This document shows, one piece after another, positions 39,897-49,061 of a stretch of 64,000 bases of DNA. Every line of letters begins with the position of its first letter. The stretch's first letter is position 1. Under the pieces are notes generated by a model. It was not told where the DNA came from, did not search any database, and saw nothing but the letters and a program-made list of their open reading frames with translations. The stretch covers positions 36,207-100,206 of the forward strand of contig VGWD01000003.1 in NCBI GenBank assembly GCA_016873735.1, in the 5' to 3' direction. The position numbers were made by a program, and so were the translations under genes. The DNA comes from Ignavibacteria bacterium. Its GTDB lineage: Bacteria; Bacteroidota; Ignavibacteria; Kapaibacteriales; UBA961.

Positions 39897-40148
39897 TTAT
39901 TCCTGAGGAGGAGTCAATTGTTTATGTGCTCCATCACAAAATGGTTGATTTGCCGATAATTTGCAGGTACACCATGAGACAGTTTTTGTTTCGATTATTT
40001 CCACAGATTTCGGACTAAAGCTTGAACCCTTATGAGAACCATCGCAAAAAGGTTGATTAGATGATTTTCCGCATGAACACCAATAATACGTTCCCGGATT
40101 CATTTCCATTCTTAAGGATTTGTAACCACCTATTTCGGGTTTTTCCAT
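39897..40148 (-). CDS. CDGSH iron-sulfur domain protein (two CDGSH motifs)
   Basis: Two copies of C-x-C-x2-S/N-x3-P-F-C-D-G-(S/A)-H ([17 protein letters not shown] and [17 protein letters not shown]). Confidence 0.8.
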   Translation of the reverse strand: MEKPEIGGYKSLRMEMNPGTYYWCSCGKSSNQPFCDGSHKGSSFSPKSVEIIETKTVSWCTCKLSANQPFCDGAHKQLTPPQE

Positions 40149-40160
40149 AGTAAAGGCTCC

Positions 40161-41802
40161 TTACATTGATTCGGGTGATGAAATTCCTAAAATTGTTAAT
40201 CCATTGTTCATGACCGTTTTTGTCAATAATGCTAAATGCACTCTAGATGACAATACGGTATGCTCAGATCCGAGAATTCTGCAATCATGGTAAAAAGAAT
40301 GAAATGCAGATGCGACTTCTCGTAAATATTCAGCCAACATTTGTGGTTCAAGATGATGAGCAGCTCTCATGGTGACTTCTTCAAATCTTGTCAATGCACC
40401 AATCAACGTTATTTCTGAAGGATGAGTCAAAGTCGAAAGATCCGGTTGTTCAAGAACATACAGATCATGATCATGTACTTGTTGCAAAAGCGAGCATATT
40501 CTTGCATGAACATATTGCAAATAATACACGGGATTTTTATCATTTTGCTCTCGTGCTATTTGAAGATCAAATTCCAATTGGGTTTGAGCACCGCGCATGA
40601 TAGAAAAATCTGACGACATCAGCTCCGACCTCATCTATGAGTTCATCAAGTGTGTAACTCTTGCCTGATCTCTTGGACATTTTGACTTGTACGCCATTAT
40701 CCCACAGCATCACAAATTGATAAATAAGAACTTTGAGCTTCGAAACATCATAGCCAAGGGCTTGTATTCCTGCTTTTACATCGGGAATGGTCGCGATATG
40801 GTCTGCGCCGAAGATATCGACTATCAAGTCATACCCTCTTTCGAATTTCGTACGATGATATGCAATGTCCGGTAAACGATATGTTGGTTCACCGGTACTT
40901 TTCACGATGACTCTGTCTGTGAGTGATTCATCTATTGAAGAGAATCTCATCCATGTTGCACCATCTTTCTCATAAGAAAGATCTTTTTCTATCAATTCAC
41001 TCAAAAGCGATGTTATGGTGCCATCTGTAAACAAGGAGTCTTCATTGAAATATGTATCCTGATGGATATTCATTTTTTTCAATGTTTCTAGAATTGATGA
41101 GAAACACCATTTCTCACCCATTTTTTTGCAAGTTTCAATATGCTCCTGATGTTCATCTGCTAATTGTTTTCCGTGAAGATCAAATGCTTGTTGAGCGATG
41201 TCTGTAATATAATCACCATGATATCCATCTTCGGGAAATGGGTATGTTGTATCACCTATCAAATGTCTATATCGAGCATAGATTGATGCTGCTAATAAAT
41301 TCATTTGATTGCCGGCATTATTGAAATAATATTCGCGAGTAACCGTATACCCGGACCACTCCAAAAGATTGGCCACAGTATCGCCGATAGCTGCATTTCT
41401 TCCATGACCAAGATGCAATTTTCCGGTTGGATTGGCACTTACATATTCAACAATTGCAGTTTTACCAGAGCCGACCATTGTTTTTCCCAATGATTCCTTT
41501 TTATTCATCATCATTTGCATTGCTTGATGAAAGGCTTTGGGTTGATATGTTACATTTATGAAACCTGCACCTGCTATTTCCACAGATTGTACCAAGTTTG
41601 AATCATATGCTACTTGAGACAATAACTCTTTTGCTATGTCCAGTGGTTTTTTCTTTAATTGTTTTGCAAGGACCATGGCAATATTGGTTGAAACATGACC
41701 ATGCTCTGCAACTTTGGGTCTTTCAAATGCAATTGATTGGTGTTCAATACCCATTGCATCAAGAGCTTGTTGAAAGGAAGCTTCGATGAATGTATGCATC
41801 AT
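40161..41802 (-). pseudogene. argS: arginyl-tRNA synthetase interrupted by a single-base frameshift in an A5/T5 homopolymer (either pseudogene or sequencing error)
   Basis: ORF 40567..41802 carries the class I HIGH region (HLGHGRNAAIGD) and KMSKS (MSKRSG) and stops after ...VVRFFYHARCSNPIGI. ORF 40161..40634 is the DALR anticodon-binding domain (YYLQYVHARICSLL). Removing one T from the TTTTT run (plus-strand AAAAA at 40604-40608) joins them as ...VVRFSIMRGAQTQLEFDL..., which matches ArgRS. Confidence 0.8.
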
Positions 41803-42305
41803 AAAAAATCCTCCTCAAAAGAGGAAGGTTGGCTAAAGCGTTCCGGCAGTCTATGCTCCTTGGATAATTCAGTGAGATAGGTCTGCTTGGCTGTCTTCGT
41901 CATTTTCGAAAGTTTATCTTCTTTGAGAATATAGAAATCAGCATCGCTCCAGAGTTTTTCGATTCTGTAGAAGTCACGAGCATCTGCATGAAATACATGT
42001 ACCACAACATCGAAATAATCCAGAATAACCCATTGTCTGGCATCCCAGCCTTCAGATTTGGGAAAACCTTGTCCGGCTTCTTTGCCTCCACGTTCGACTG
42101 CAGAAGAGACTGAATCGACTTGAACTTCCGATAAACAAGATCCAAGGACAAAGTATTCAGCCGGGGCGCCATCTGAATTTGACAAATCCAAGACTAGGAT
42201 ATTTTCTGCTTTCTTGTCTTCCATTATTCTTGCACAAAACAATGCAAAAGCTTTGCTTCGTGCAGCGGTTGACTTTGATGTTGATGACGCCAAGTGTAAC
42301 TCCAA
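41799..42305 (-). CDS. rsfS: ribosome silencing factor RsfS (Iojap family) with C-terminal extension
   Basis: ILVLDLS...EYFVLGS...WVILDYFDVVVHVF...DFYRIEKLW core, plus about 45 extra C-terminal residues. ATGA overlap with the argS start. Confidence 0.75.
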   Translation of the reverse strand: MELHLASSTSKSTAARSKAFALFCARIMEDKKAENILVLDLSNSDGAPAEYFVLGSCLSEVQVDSVSSAVERGGKEAGQGFPKSEGWDARQWVILDYFDVVVHVFHADARDFYRIEKLWSDADFYILKEDKLSKMTKTAKQTYLTELSKEHRLPERFSQPSSFEEDFL

Positions 42306-42309
42306 TAAA

Positions 42310-42927
42310 TTATGAATCGAGCAATTGTTGTTTGTTGAGAATGCTCATGGTTTGTCCGTCGAGTGTGTAGACAATTGGTTTTCCTGTGGCTATATTAAGT
42401 TCGAGTATTTCTTCTTTTGAGAGTTTGTCCAGTTCTGCTATGAGTGCTCTGAGTGAGTTGCCATGAGCAGTAATGAGGACATTCTTCCCTTCCTTGAGTA
42501 CAGGAATGATGTGCTCATGAAAGTATGGAAGTACGCGTTCTTGAGTCATTTTTAATGATTCCCCATTCGGAGGAGATGTATCATAACTTCTTCTCCATAT
42601 CTTTAACTGATCGGAGCCAAATTGTTTACCTACCTCGTCTTTATTGAGACCTTGCAAGTCTCCATAATGACGTTCATTCAACTTTTCGCTTCTTTGCGTT
42701 GGGATCATGCCTTTTCCGGCAGATTGCAAAGCAATGTCAGCAGTCCGTATTGCTCTCAGCAATGCTGAAGTGAATAACATATCAATGGGATAGTCTTTCA
42801 ATGCAAGACCGGCTTTACGAGCTTCTTCTTCGCCTTTAGATGTTATGTCGACATCAACCCAACCGGTGAATCGATTTTCGACATTCCACTGAGATTCTCC
42901 ATGACGGAGCAAAATGAGATAGACCAT
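42310..42927 (-). CDS. gpmA: 2,3-bisphosphoglycerate-dependent phosphoglycerate mutase
   Basis: LILLRHGESQWN...RFTGW catalytic His motif; histidine phosphatase family. Confidence 0.85.
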   Translation of the reverse strand: MVYLILLRHGESQWNVENRFTGWVDVDITSKGEEEARKAGLALKDYPIDMLFTSALLRAIRTADIALQSAGKGMIPTQRSEKLNERHYGDLQGLNKDEVGKQFGSDQLKIWRRSYDTSPPNGESLKMTQERVLPYFHEHIIPVLKEGKNVLITAHGNSLRALIAELDKLSKEEILELNIATGKPIVYTLDGQTMSILNKQQLLDS

Positions 42928-42930
42928 GAT

Positions 42931-43710
42931 TTATGAATTGCTCCAATTAGGTTTTCTTTTTTCTATGAATGCATTCATTCCTTCCTTTTGATCTTCGGAA
43001 GAAAACAAAAGGTAAAAATTCTTTCTTTCAAACTCCAAGCCACCTTCCAGAGTAGTACTGAATGATTTCAATACTGATTCCTTGATGAGCTTGACGGCAA
43101 TCGGTGCTTTTGTTGAAATTTCTGCGGCAAGAGCCATTGCTTCATGAAGATATGACTCTATCGGAACAACCTTGTTCACCAAGCCGCATCTCCAAGCTTC
43201 TTGAGCCGATATCATTCTACCGGTCAAGGCTAATTCCATGGCCCTCACTTTGCCTATTGCTCTGGTGAGTCTTTGCGTTCCACCGGCCCCGGGCATTACC
43301 CCAATGTTAATTTCCGGTTGACCAAATTGTGCGGATTCACTGGCAATCAGCATATCGCAATTCATTGCCAATTCGCATCCTCCACCTAAGGCAAAGCCGG
43401 ATATGGCTCCAATGATTGGTTTTTTGATTGCGCGTATTCTTTCCCACTTAGCAAATTGATCACGTTCCAGCATTTGCATTGAACCTGCGCCAGACATCTC
43501 TTTGATGTCCGCACCTGCTGCAAAAGCTTTTTCATTGCCATGAATTAAGATGCAGCGTATGTCATGCGATTGATCAAAATATTCCATTGCTTCCACTATT
43601 TCTGTCATTGTTTGCAAGCTTAAAGCATTCAACACTTGCGGTCGATTGATTTGTATTACTCCAATTCCCTTTAGAGGTTCAGAAGTAAGAATGCATGTCC
43701 AATTATTCAT
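42931..43710 (-). CDS. enoyl-CoA hydratase/isomerase (crotonase family)
   Basis: Crotonase oxyanion-hole motifs AFAAGADIKEM and GGGCELAMNCD. Confidence 0.8.
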   Translation of the reverse strand: MNNWTCILTSEPLKGIGVIQINRPQVLNALSLQTMTEIVEAMEYFDQSHDIRCILIHGNEKAFAAGADIKEMSGAGSMQMLERDQFAKWERIRAIKKPIIGAISGFALGGGCELAMNCDMLIASESAQFGQPEINIGVMPGAGGTQRLTRAIGKVRAMELALTGRMISAQEAWRCGLVNKVVPIESYLHEAMALAAEISTKAPIAVKLIKESVLKSFSTTLEGGLEFERKNFYLLFSSEDQKEGMNAFIEKRKPNWSNS

Positions 43711-43719
43711 GGTTGATCT

Positions 43720-44958
43720 TTAAAAAAGTAATCCGGCCAATGTGGCGGTCAAAAGATTACCCAAAGCTCCGGTAATCATTGCTTTGAGCCCCAACGCTGC
43801 TATATCTTTCTTGCGTTCAGGAATCATGGCTCCAATGCCTCCAATTTGAATGGCAATGGAACTAAAATTTGCAAATCCGCATAATGCAAAAGTAGCCATT
43901 GTAATCGTTTTTGGCATCAGATTTCCCTCTTTGATAAAAGTGGACAAATCTGCATAAGCCAAAAATTCATTCAGACTGATTTTGGTACCGACAAGTGATC
44001 CAAATGCTCGAATGTCTTGTTCAGGTACTCCAATAAGGTAGCCGATCGGTTGAAAAAGAAATCCAAAGAGTTCTTTCAAATTTGAAGGGAACCACACAGA
44101 ATATCCTTCAAATACTGCATGCATACCTGATAATCCTGCATTGATGCCGGCTATGATTGCAACAAAAGCAATCAGCATTGCAGCAATACCTGCTGCAAGT
44201 TTCAGTCCATCCATTGCACCATTCGCAGCAGCTTCAACTATGGTCGAACTTGATGGCAATACAGGTGATGAATCATGTAGTACACTTGCAGTGTTTTCTG
44301 CAGGTATGACGATTTTGGAGAGCATTAGGCCTGCCGGTGCAGACATCACACTTGCCGTGATCAATGCAGATGCCGGTACTCCCATTTGAATATATCCTGC
44401 CATTACACCCCCGGCAATCGTAATGAAGCCTCCAACCATGATGGTATTGAGTTCGGATCGAGTAGCAGAAGATAAATAGGGTTTTATGAGTAATGGGGCT
44501 TCTGTTTGACCAAGAAATATATTGGCTGATGCAGATAATGACTCAATTCCCGATGTTTTTAATGTCCGGCTCATGAACCAAGACATTGCCCGCACAATAT
44601 GCTGCATAATGCCAAGGTGATATAAAACGGACATAACGGAAGAGAAGAAAATGATAACGGGCAATACTGATAATGCAAACTGAAATCCGAATGTTGTTGA
44701 ATAGGCCGGATTTGCAAGATTCCCGAAAAGCATTTCAGCTCCATGAGAGGCCAAGCCAAGAAATCCTGTGACGGCATTGCCAAATCCGGACATCATGGAT
44801 ATTCCTATCGGCAGTTTCATCATTATGAAACCTAATGTGATCTGAAGAGAAAGTCCGATAAAGACCATTCTCCACGGGAATACCCTCTTGTTTTCTGACA
44901 TCAGCCAGCAACATAAGAATATCAATATCATTCCGAGTATCCCAATAAGTGATTGCAT
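43720..44958 (-). CDS. nupC: concentrative nucleoside transporter (NupC/CNT family)
   Basis: Multi-TM protein with CNT-family conserved segments (FGFQFALSVLPVIIFFSS..., GFANFSSIAIQIGG). The start is ambiguous: 44958 avoids overlap, while 44970 overlaps the upstream gene by 10 nt. Confidence 0.75.
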   Translation of the reverse strand: MQSLIGILGMILIFLCCWLMSENKRVFPWRMVFIGLSLQITLGFIMMKLPIGISMMSGFGNAVTGFLGLASHGAEMLFGNLANPAYSTTFGFQFALSVLPVIIFFSSVMSVLYHLGIMQHIVRAMSWFMSRTLKTSGIESLSASANIFLGQTEAPLLIKPYLSSATRSELNTIMVGGFITIAGGVMAGYIQMGVPASALITASVMSAPAGLMLSKIVIPAENTASVLHDSSPVLPSSSTIVEAAANGAMDGLKLAAGIAAMLIAFVAIIAGINAGLSGMHAVFEGYSVWFPSNLKELFGFLFQPIGYLIGVPEQDIRAFGSLVGTKISLNEFLAYADLSTFIKEGNLMPKTITMATFALCGFANFSSIAIQIGGIGAMIPERKKDIAALGLKAMITGALGNLLTATLAGLLF

Positions 44959-44960
44959 GA

Positions 44961-45947
44961 TCAAACCCACTTATTGTCTATGTACCAACGAACTGTACGC
45001 TCTATTCCTTCTTCAATCGGAATCTGTTGTTTCCATCCAAAATCTTTCTTTGCTTTCTCAACAGAGCAGATCCAATACGGTTGTATCAAATCTTTTCCTT
45101 TTTCATAATTAAGTACCGGTGGCTTGGAGGAAAATCTTCCGAATATCTCCGATAAACCGGCCAAAGTCATGACAATTCCATGAGGTACACGGATTGGAAT
45201 GATGAATGATTTACCAAAGGCATGTTTTGTTATATCTGCTATCTGCTTCCAAGTATAGAAATCTTCGCTGGAAACAAAATATGTTTCTCCGATGGTATTA
45301 CCATGAAATGCTGATTCAACGATACCTCTGGCCAAATCTACTCCATGAATCAGACTTACTCTCTTTTCATCAAAACCAATCAATGGAACAATGCCTTTGG
45401 ATACTGATTGAAAAAAGGTAAGGATTGCTGTATCGCGTTCTCCAAATACGGCAGGTGGGCGTATAATCGTCATGGGAATGGATTGTGCAAACGATTGCAC
45501 AACTTCTTCCGCTGCTTTTTTTGATCGACCATAAGCAGTTATTGGTTTTAATGGTGAATGCTCATTTACAGGATCATGTATTGAAGAGGATGGCCCGGTT
45601 ACTGTTTGACTGCTTACATGCAAAAATCTCTGCAAATTTGGAGCATGATCTCGAGCTACTTCCAACAGATATTGAGTTGCATCCCTATTCCCTTTGAGAA
45701 ATTCCTCGTCATTTCTGGCTGCAGTAAGTCCTGCGACATGAATGATCATGTCTACACCTTTGACCGCAGGAATCAATGACTCCTTATTGTGTAGCGATGC
45801 ATTCACGATATGAACCCCTTTGCCCTCTATCCATCGAAGATCGCTCGTAGGTCTAGCAATGCATACTATCTCTGTATCTGCTTGCTTGAGGATATCGACC
45901 ACATGGCTACCAATAAATCCTGTGGCACCGGTCACTAATGTTTTCAT
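44961..45947 (-). CDS. NAD-dependent epimerase/dehydratase (extended SDR)
   Basis: N-terminal Rossmann motif MKTLVTGATGFIGSHV and the YxxxK context (YGRSKKAAE). Confidence 0.75.
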   Translation of the reverse strand: MKTLVTGATGFIGSHVVDILKQADTEIVCIARPTSDLRWIEGKGVHIVNASLHNKESLIPAVKGVDMIIHVAGLTAARNDEEFLKGNRDATQYLLEVARDHAPNLQRFLHVSSQTVTGPSSSIHDPVNEHSPLKPITAYGRSKKAAEEVVQSFAQSIPMTIIRPPAVFGERDTAILTFFQSVSKGIVPLIGFDEKRVSLIHGVDLARGIVESAFHGNTIGETYFVSSEDFYTWKQIADITKHAFGKSFIIPIRVPHGIVMTLAGLSEIFGRFSSKPPVLNYEKGKDLIQPYWICSVEKAKKDFGWKQQIPIEEGIERTVRWYIDNKWV

Positions 45948-46522
45948 TCTTCATCATCTCCGGAAATGATTGATCCATCAGGAAGAACGATGGTATAGTC
46001 AGCAGATGTTTCCCCTTTACTTATTCTTCTTAAAGTGGCTTGGAGAAGAGTACGTTTCAACTGACTGAGTCTGTCAGTGAAATAGATACCATTTAAATGA
46101 TCGATTTCATGTTGCATGACCCTGGCCAAAAGGCCGTCGGCTTGCACTGTTTGGGGCTTAATGTGTTCATCAAAATATGAAACCTGAATAGCTTCGGGCC
46201 TAATTACAAGATCCCGTACATGTGGGAGACTTAGACATCCTTCCTCATAATCACTTTCTTCATCTGAATAATAGGTTATCTCTGGATTGATCATCACTAG
46301 TGGTTTTGTAGACTCATATCCTTCCACTGGTGAAATGTCAATGACAGTAATGGCCAATGGCGATCCAACTTGATTTGCTGCCAAACCTATACCTTCGGCA
46401 TTGTGCATTGTATGTTTCATGTCCTCAATGAATATTCTCGTTGATTCATCCATATGTTCAACTTTTTGAGCTTTCTTCTTCAAGATTGCATGATCATAGA
46501 CATATACAGGTAATACCTTCAT
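45944..46522 (-). CDS. def: peptide deformylase
   Basis: The three PDF motifs: GIGLAANQVG, EGCLSLP, HEIDHLNG. Confidence 0.85.
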   Translation of the reverse strand: MKVLPVYVYDHAILKKKAQKVEHMDESTRIFIEDMKHTMHNAEGIGLAANQVGSPLAITVIDISPVEGYESTKPLVMINPEITYYSDEESDYEEGCLSLPHVRDLVIRPEAIQVSYFDEHIKPQTVQADGLLARVMQHEIDHLNGIYFTDRLSQLKRTLLQATLRRISKGETSADYTIVLPDGSIISGDDEE

Positions 46523-46525
46523 CCA

Positions 46526-47833
46526 TTAAAATCCAAGTTGTAGCAAAGTTTCAGTTAAGTGTTTTGAGAAAAATGGTTGTATCAGTCCAATTTGTGCTCC
46601 TGCAGGATGAAATGTCAATCTACCAAGGGATTTTGGATTCCCGGCTTCATAATCCGAAGACTGGATTTGTGTCATCTCTTCAGGTCTGAAACGATTATCC
46701 GAATCAGTAAGGACTATTGTGCAGCCAATAGAATGGATATCTTTTCCCAAGGCTGATAGATCTATTTCGGGAATAAAAGAAAAAGGAATGACAATATCTA
46801 TAAAATATCCATCATTTTGGACTTTCAGATTCAATGACTCTTCAGAAAGTAGTTGTTTTCTGCCCGTCCGTTCTTCATGAAAGATTGCTCTGCTCGAAAA
46901 GGGTTGTTCAAATGAAGGAATGATATCAAGCACATAGAAACCTGGGGCATTCTTTACCTGCTTTTTTTCTATACGTTCAGGATCATATCCCGGAATTCTG
47001 TCATATAGAAGAATTGTCACTTTGTCTTGTATGCAAGAATCACAGTATTGCTCCGAAAGTGTATCATCCTTGATGAATAATTTCAAGCGCAATGCAGTAT
47101 CATCATACAAAGATTCTAGTAGATGTATGGAAGCATCCGAGGGACCTTTCCAATAAAAAGCACCTTTCACAACATCATCAGCTTTGTCAATGATACATGG
47201 TCCTGCATAGCAAGGCATGATGATGTCGCCTTTTTTAAACACCGGTATATCATGAAAATGATGATAATAGGAAGTCTCTTCATTTCTTGTGGAAAAAACA
47301 TGAATGTTATTTCTTCTCTGAACATGGTCACTGAATGTTTCCATTGTCTGAGTGCCAATTCGGCTGGTCGAAAATGTATCGGATTCAAAGAATATTCCAT
47401 GCCTATATCGGTAACCAACGATATTCCAATTGAATTGCTCTTTCTTTGACGTTACAAAACAAGAGGCATTTCTAATGGCAACCCCAACTTCTAAAGGTGA
47501 ATCAACAAAATCTCTAGTGATGGTTCCGGTGGGTATCAATGATCCATTTATATCAACAAAGAAGAAAATAGAGCATTGTTTGTTTTTTTCTTTGGAATAA
47601 CGGACCACACAAGCCATGTCATTGTGTTCATCTGATGAGAAATCACCAATATCCCAACTCCAGACCTTTGCTTGATCAGCAAATCCGATTGCTTGTACCA
47701 CATCTTCGATCAACTCTGGATCATAATAATCCGACAATTTTTTTTCAAAATCCTTCAAAGATGATCCGGATTGAGCATATATCGGAACAATGCTGATGAA
47801 CATAGACACTATGTATATAAATATTGTCTTCAA
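46526..47833 (-). CDS. secreted hypothetical protein (no recognisable domain)
   Basis: Signal peptide MKTIFIYIVSMFISIVPIYAQ, 435 aa. Tightly packed between pfkB-like and def genes, with an ATGA overlap at 47830-47833. Confidence 0.5.
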   Translation of the reverse strand: MKTIFIYIVSMFISIVPIYAQSGSSLKDFEKKLSDYYDPELIEDVVQAIGFADQAKVWSWDIGDFSSDEHNDMACVVRYSKEKNKQCSIFFFVDINGSLIPTGTITRDFVDSPLEVGVAIRNASCFVTSKKEQFNWNIVGYRYRHGIFFESDTFSTSRIGTQTMETFSDHVQRRNNIHVFSTRNEETSYYHHFHDIPVFKKGDIIMPCYAGPCIIDKADDVVKGAFYWKGPSDASIHLLESLYDDTALRLKLFIKDDTLSEQYCDSCIQDKVTILLYDRIPGYDPERIEKKQVKNAPGFYVLDIIPSFEQPFSSRAIFHEERTGRKQLLSEESLNLKVQNDGYFIDIVIPFSFIPEIDLSALGKDIHSIGCTIVLTDSDNRFRPEEMTQIQSSDYEAGNPKSLGRLTFHPAGAQIGLIQPFFSKHLTETLLQLGF

Positions 47834-48822
47834 GGAAATGTTGATAAAATTGTCTGATACATTGACTTGGGGGATTCTTGCAATCTAGCACCAAATTGAG
47901 AAACGATCTTTGATGATGCCATTGATGCAAGATGCCCTGAACGAGTAATTGAACAACCTTGAGTAATGCCAAAGAGGAAAGCCCCTGCAAACATATCGCC
48001 GGCCCCTGTTGTGTCTACGGCATTTGTTTCATATGCGGGAATGGATGCATGTTCTCCATTGAAGAATATATCGGCTCCTTGTTTCCCTTTAGTCATGACG
48101 ACATGTGAAAAATGTCGAATAAGTTCATGAAAAGCATCGTCGTATCGATCTTTTCCAGTGAAAGCACAAGCTTCGGCTTCATTGCAAAATACCATATCTG
48201 TTGATGCTGCTATTTCCAATACCACATCACGAAAAGCATTGACAACGAAAGTATCTGAAAATGTGAATGCTATGTTCGTGGAATGCTTTTTTGCCAAAGA
48301 AACTGCTTCTCGAATTGCATCGGCACCACCCGGTTCTGTTAATCTGTACCCTTCAATATAAAGCCATTCTGATCTTGAAATTGTTTCTTCAACCAGATGA
48401 TCACGATTATAGGTACTGTTAACACCCAATGAAGTCATCATCGTTCTTTCGGCATCGGGGGTAATCAGCACAAGACATGTACCTGTTTTTGAGTTCGGTA
48501 TGCATTCAGCTTCCAGCAAAATTCCCAAATCTTGAAACTCACTGGCATAAAAAGAACCGAGAGAATCATCACCGAGAATTGTTTTATAAGCGGCTTTCCC
48601 ACCAAATTGCCCAATAGCAATCATGGTATTCGCAGCCGAACCTCCGCTGGATCTATGATGCGACTTGTCGGACAATGATTGAATGACATTCGATTGATCC
48701 AATTCGGAAACCAATGCCATTGAACCCTTTTGTAAACCCAGTGATTCAAATGTATTTTCATCAATCGCAAATTCAATGTCAACGAGTGCATGGCCTATGC
48801 CACAAACATGGATATCTTTCAT
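47830..48822 (-). CDS. PfkB-family carbohydrate/nucleoside kinase (adenosine-kinase-like)
   Basis: PfkB signature 2 DTTGAGDMFAGAFLFG and the N-terminal GxGxALVD context. The start is taken at MKDIHVCGIG (ATG at 48822). Confidence 0.75.
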   Translation of the reverse strand: MKDIHVCGIGHALVDIEFAIDENTFESLGLQKGSMALVSELDQSNVIQSLSDKSHHRSSGGSAANTMIAIGQFGGKAAYKTILGDDSLGSFYASEFQDLGILLEAECIPNSKTGTCLVLITPDAERTMMTSLGVNSTYNRDHLVEETISRSEWLYIEGYRLTEPGGADAIREAVSLAKKHSTNIAFTFSDTFVVNAFRDVVLEIAASTDMVFCNEAEACAFTGKDRYDDAFHELIRHFSHVVMTKGKQGADIFFNGEHASIPAYETNAVDTTGAGDMFAGAFLFGITQGCSITRSGHLASMASSKIVSQFGARLQESPKSMYQTILSTFP

Positions 48823-49061
48823 GAAAGGAAAAGTAATGTTGATTTGGGTATAATACTGCAGTACAAAAATACGCATTCATACGGTAAATGTATGCGTTAG
48901 ATTCATCCTTTCTTTGATAGAGTAAGTTGTTTTTATTGGTAATTACAATGAAAAATCAGTATAATTGCCATGTATTGAATCTTCATGGACAAATGGCAGC
49001 ACATTGTTCGTGACATAATTCTCTGAAGAATACAAGTCTGTTTGACTAGTGCGGATACTCC

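Noticed and set aside
48877-48905. Imperfect inverted repeat ACGCAT-N15-ATGCGT in the divergent pfkB/ileS intergenic region as a possible operator or riboswitch
   Set aside because: The stem is only 6 bp with mismatches beyond that, no known riboswitch consensus was recognised, and T-box or other leaders are not expected for ileS in FCB-group bacteria.
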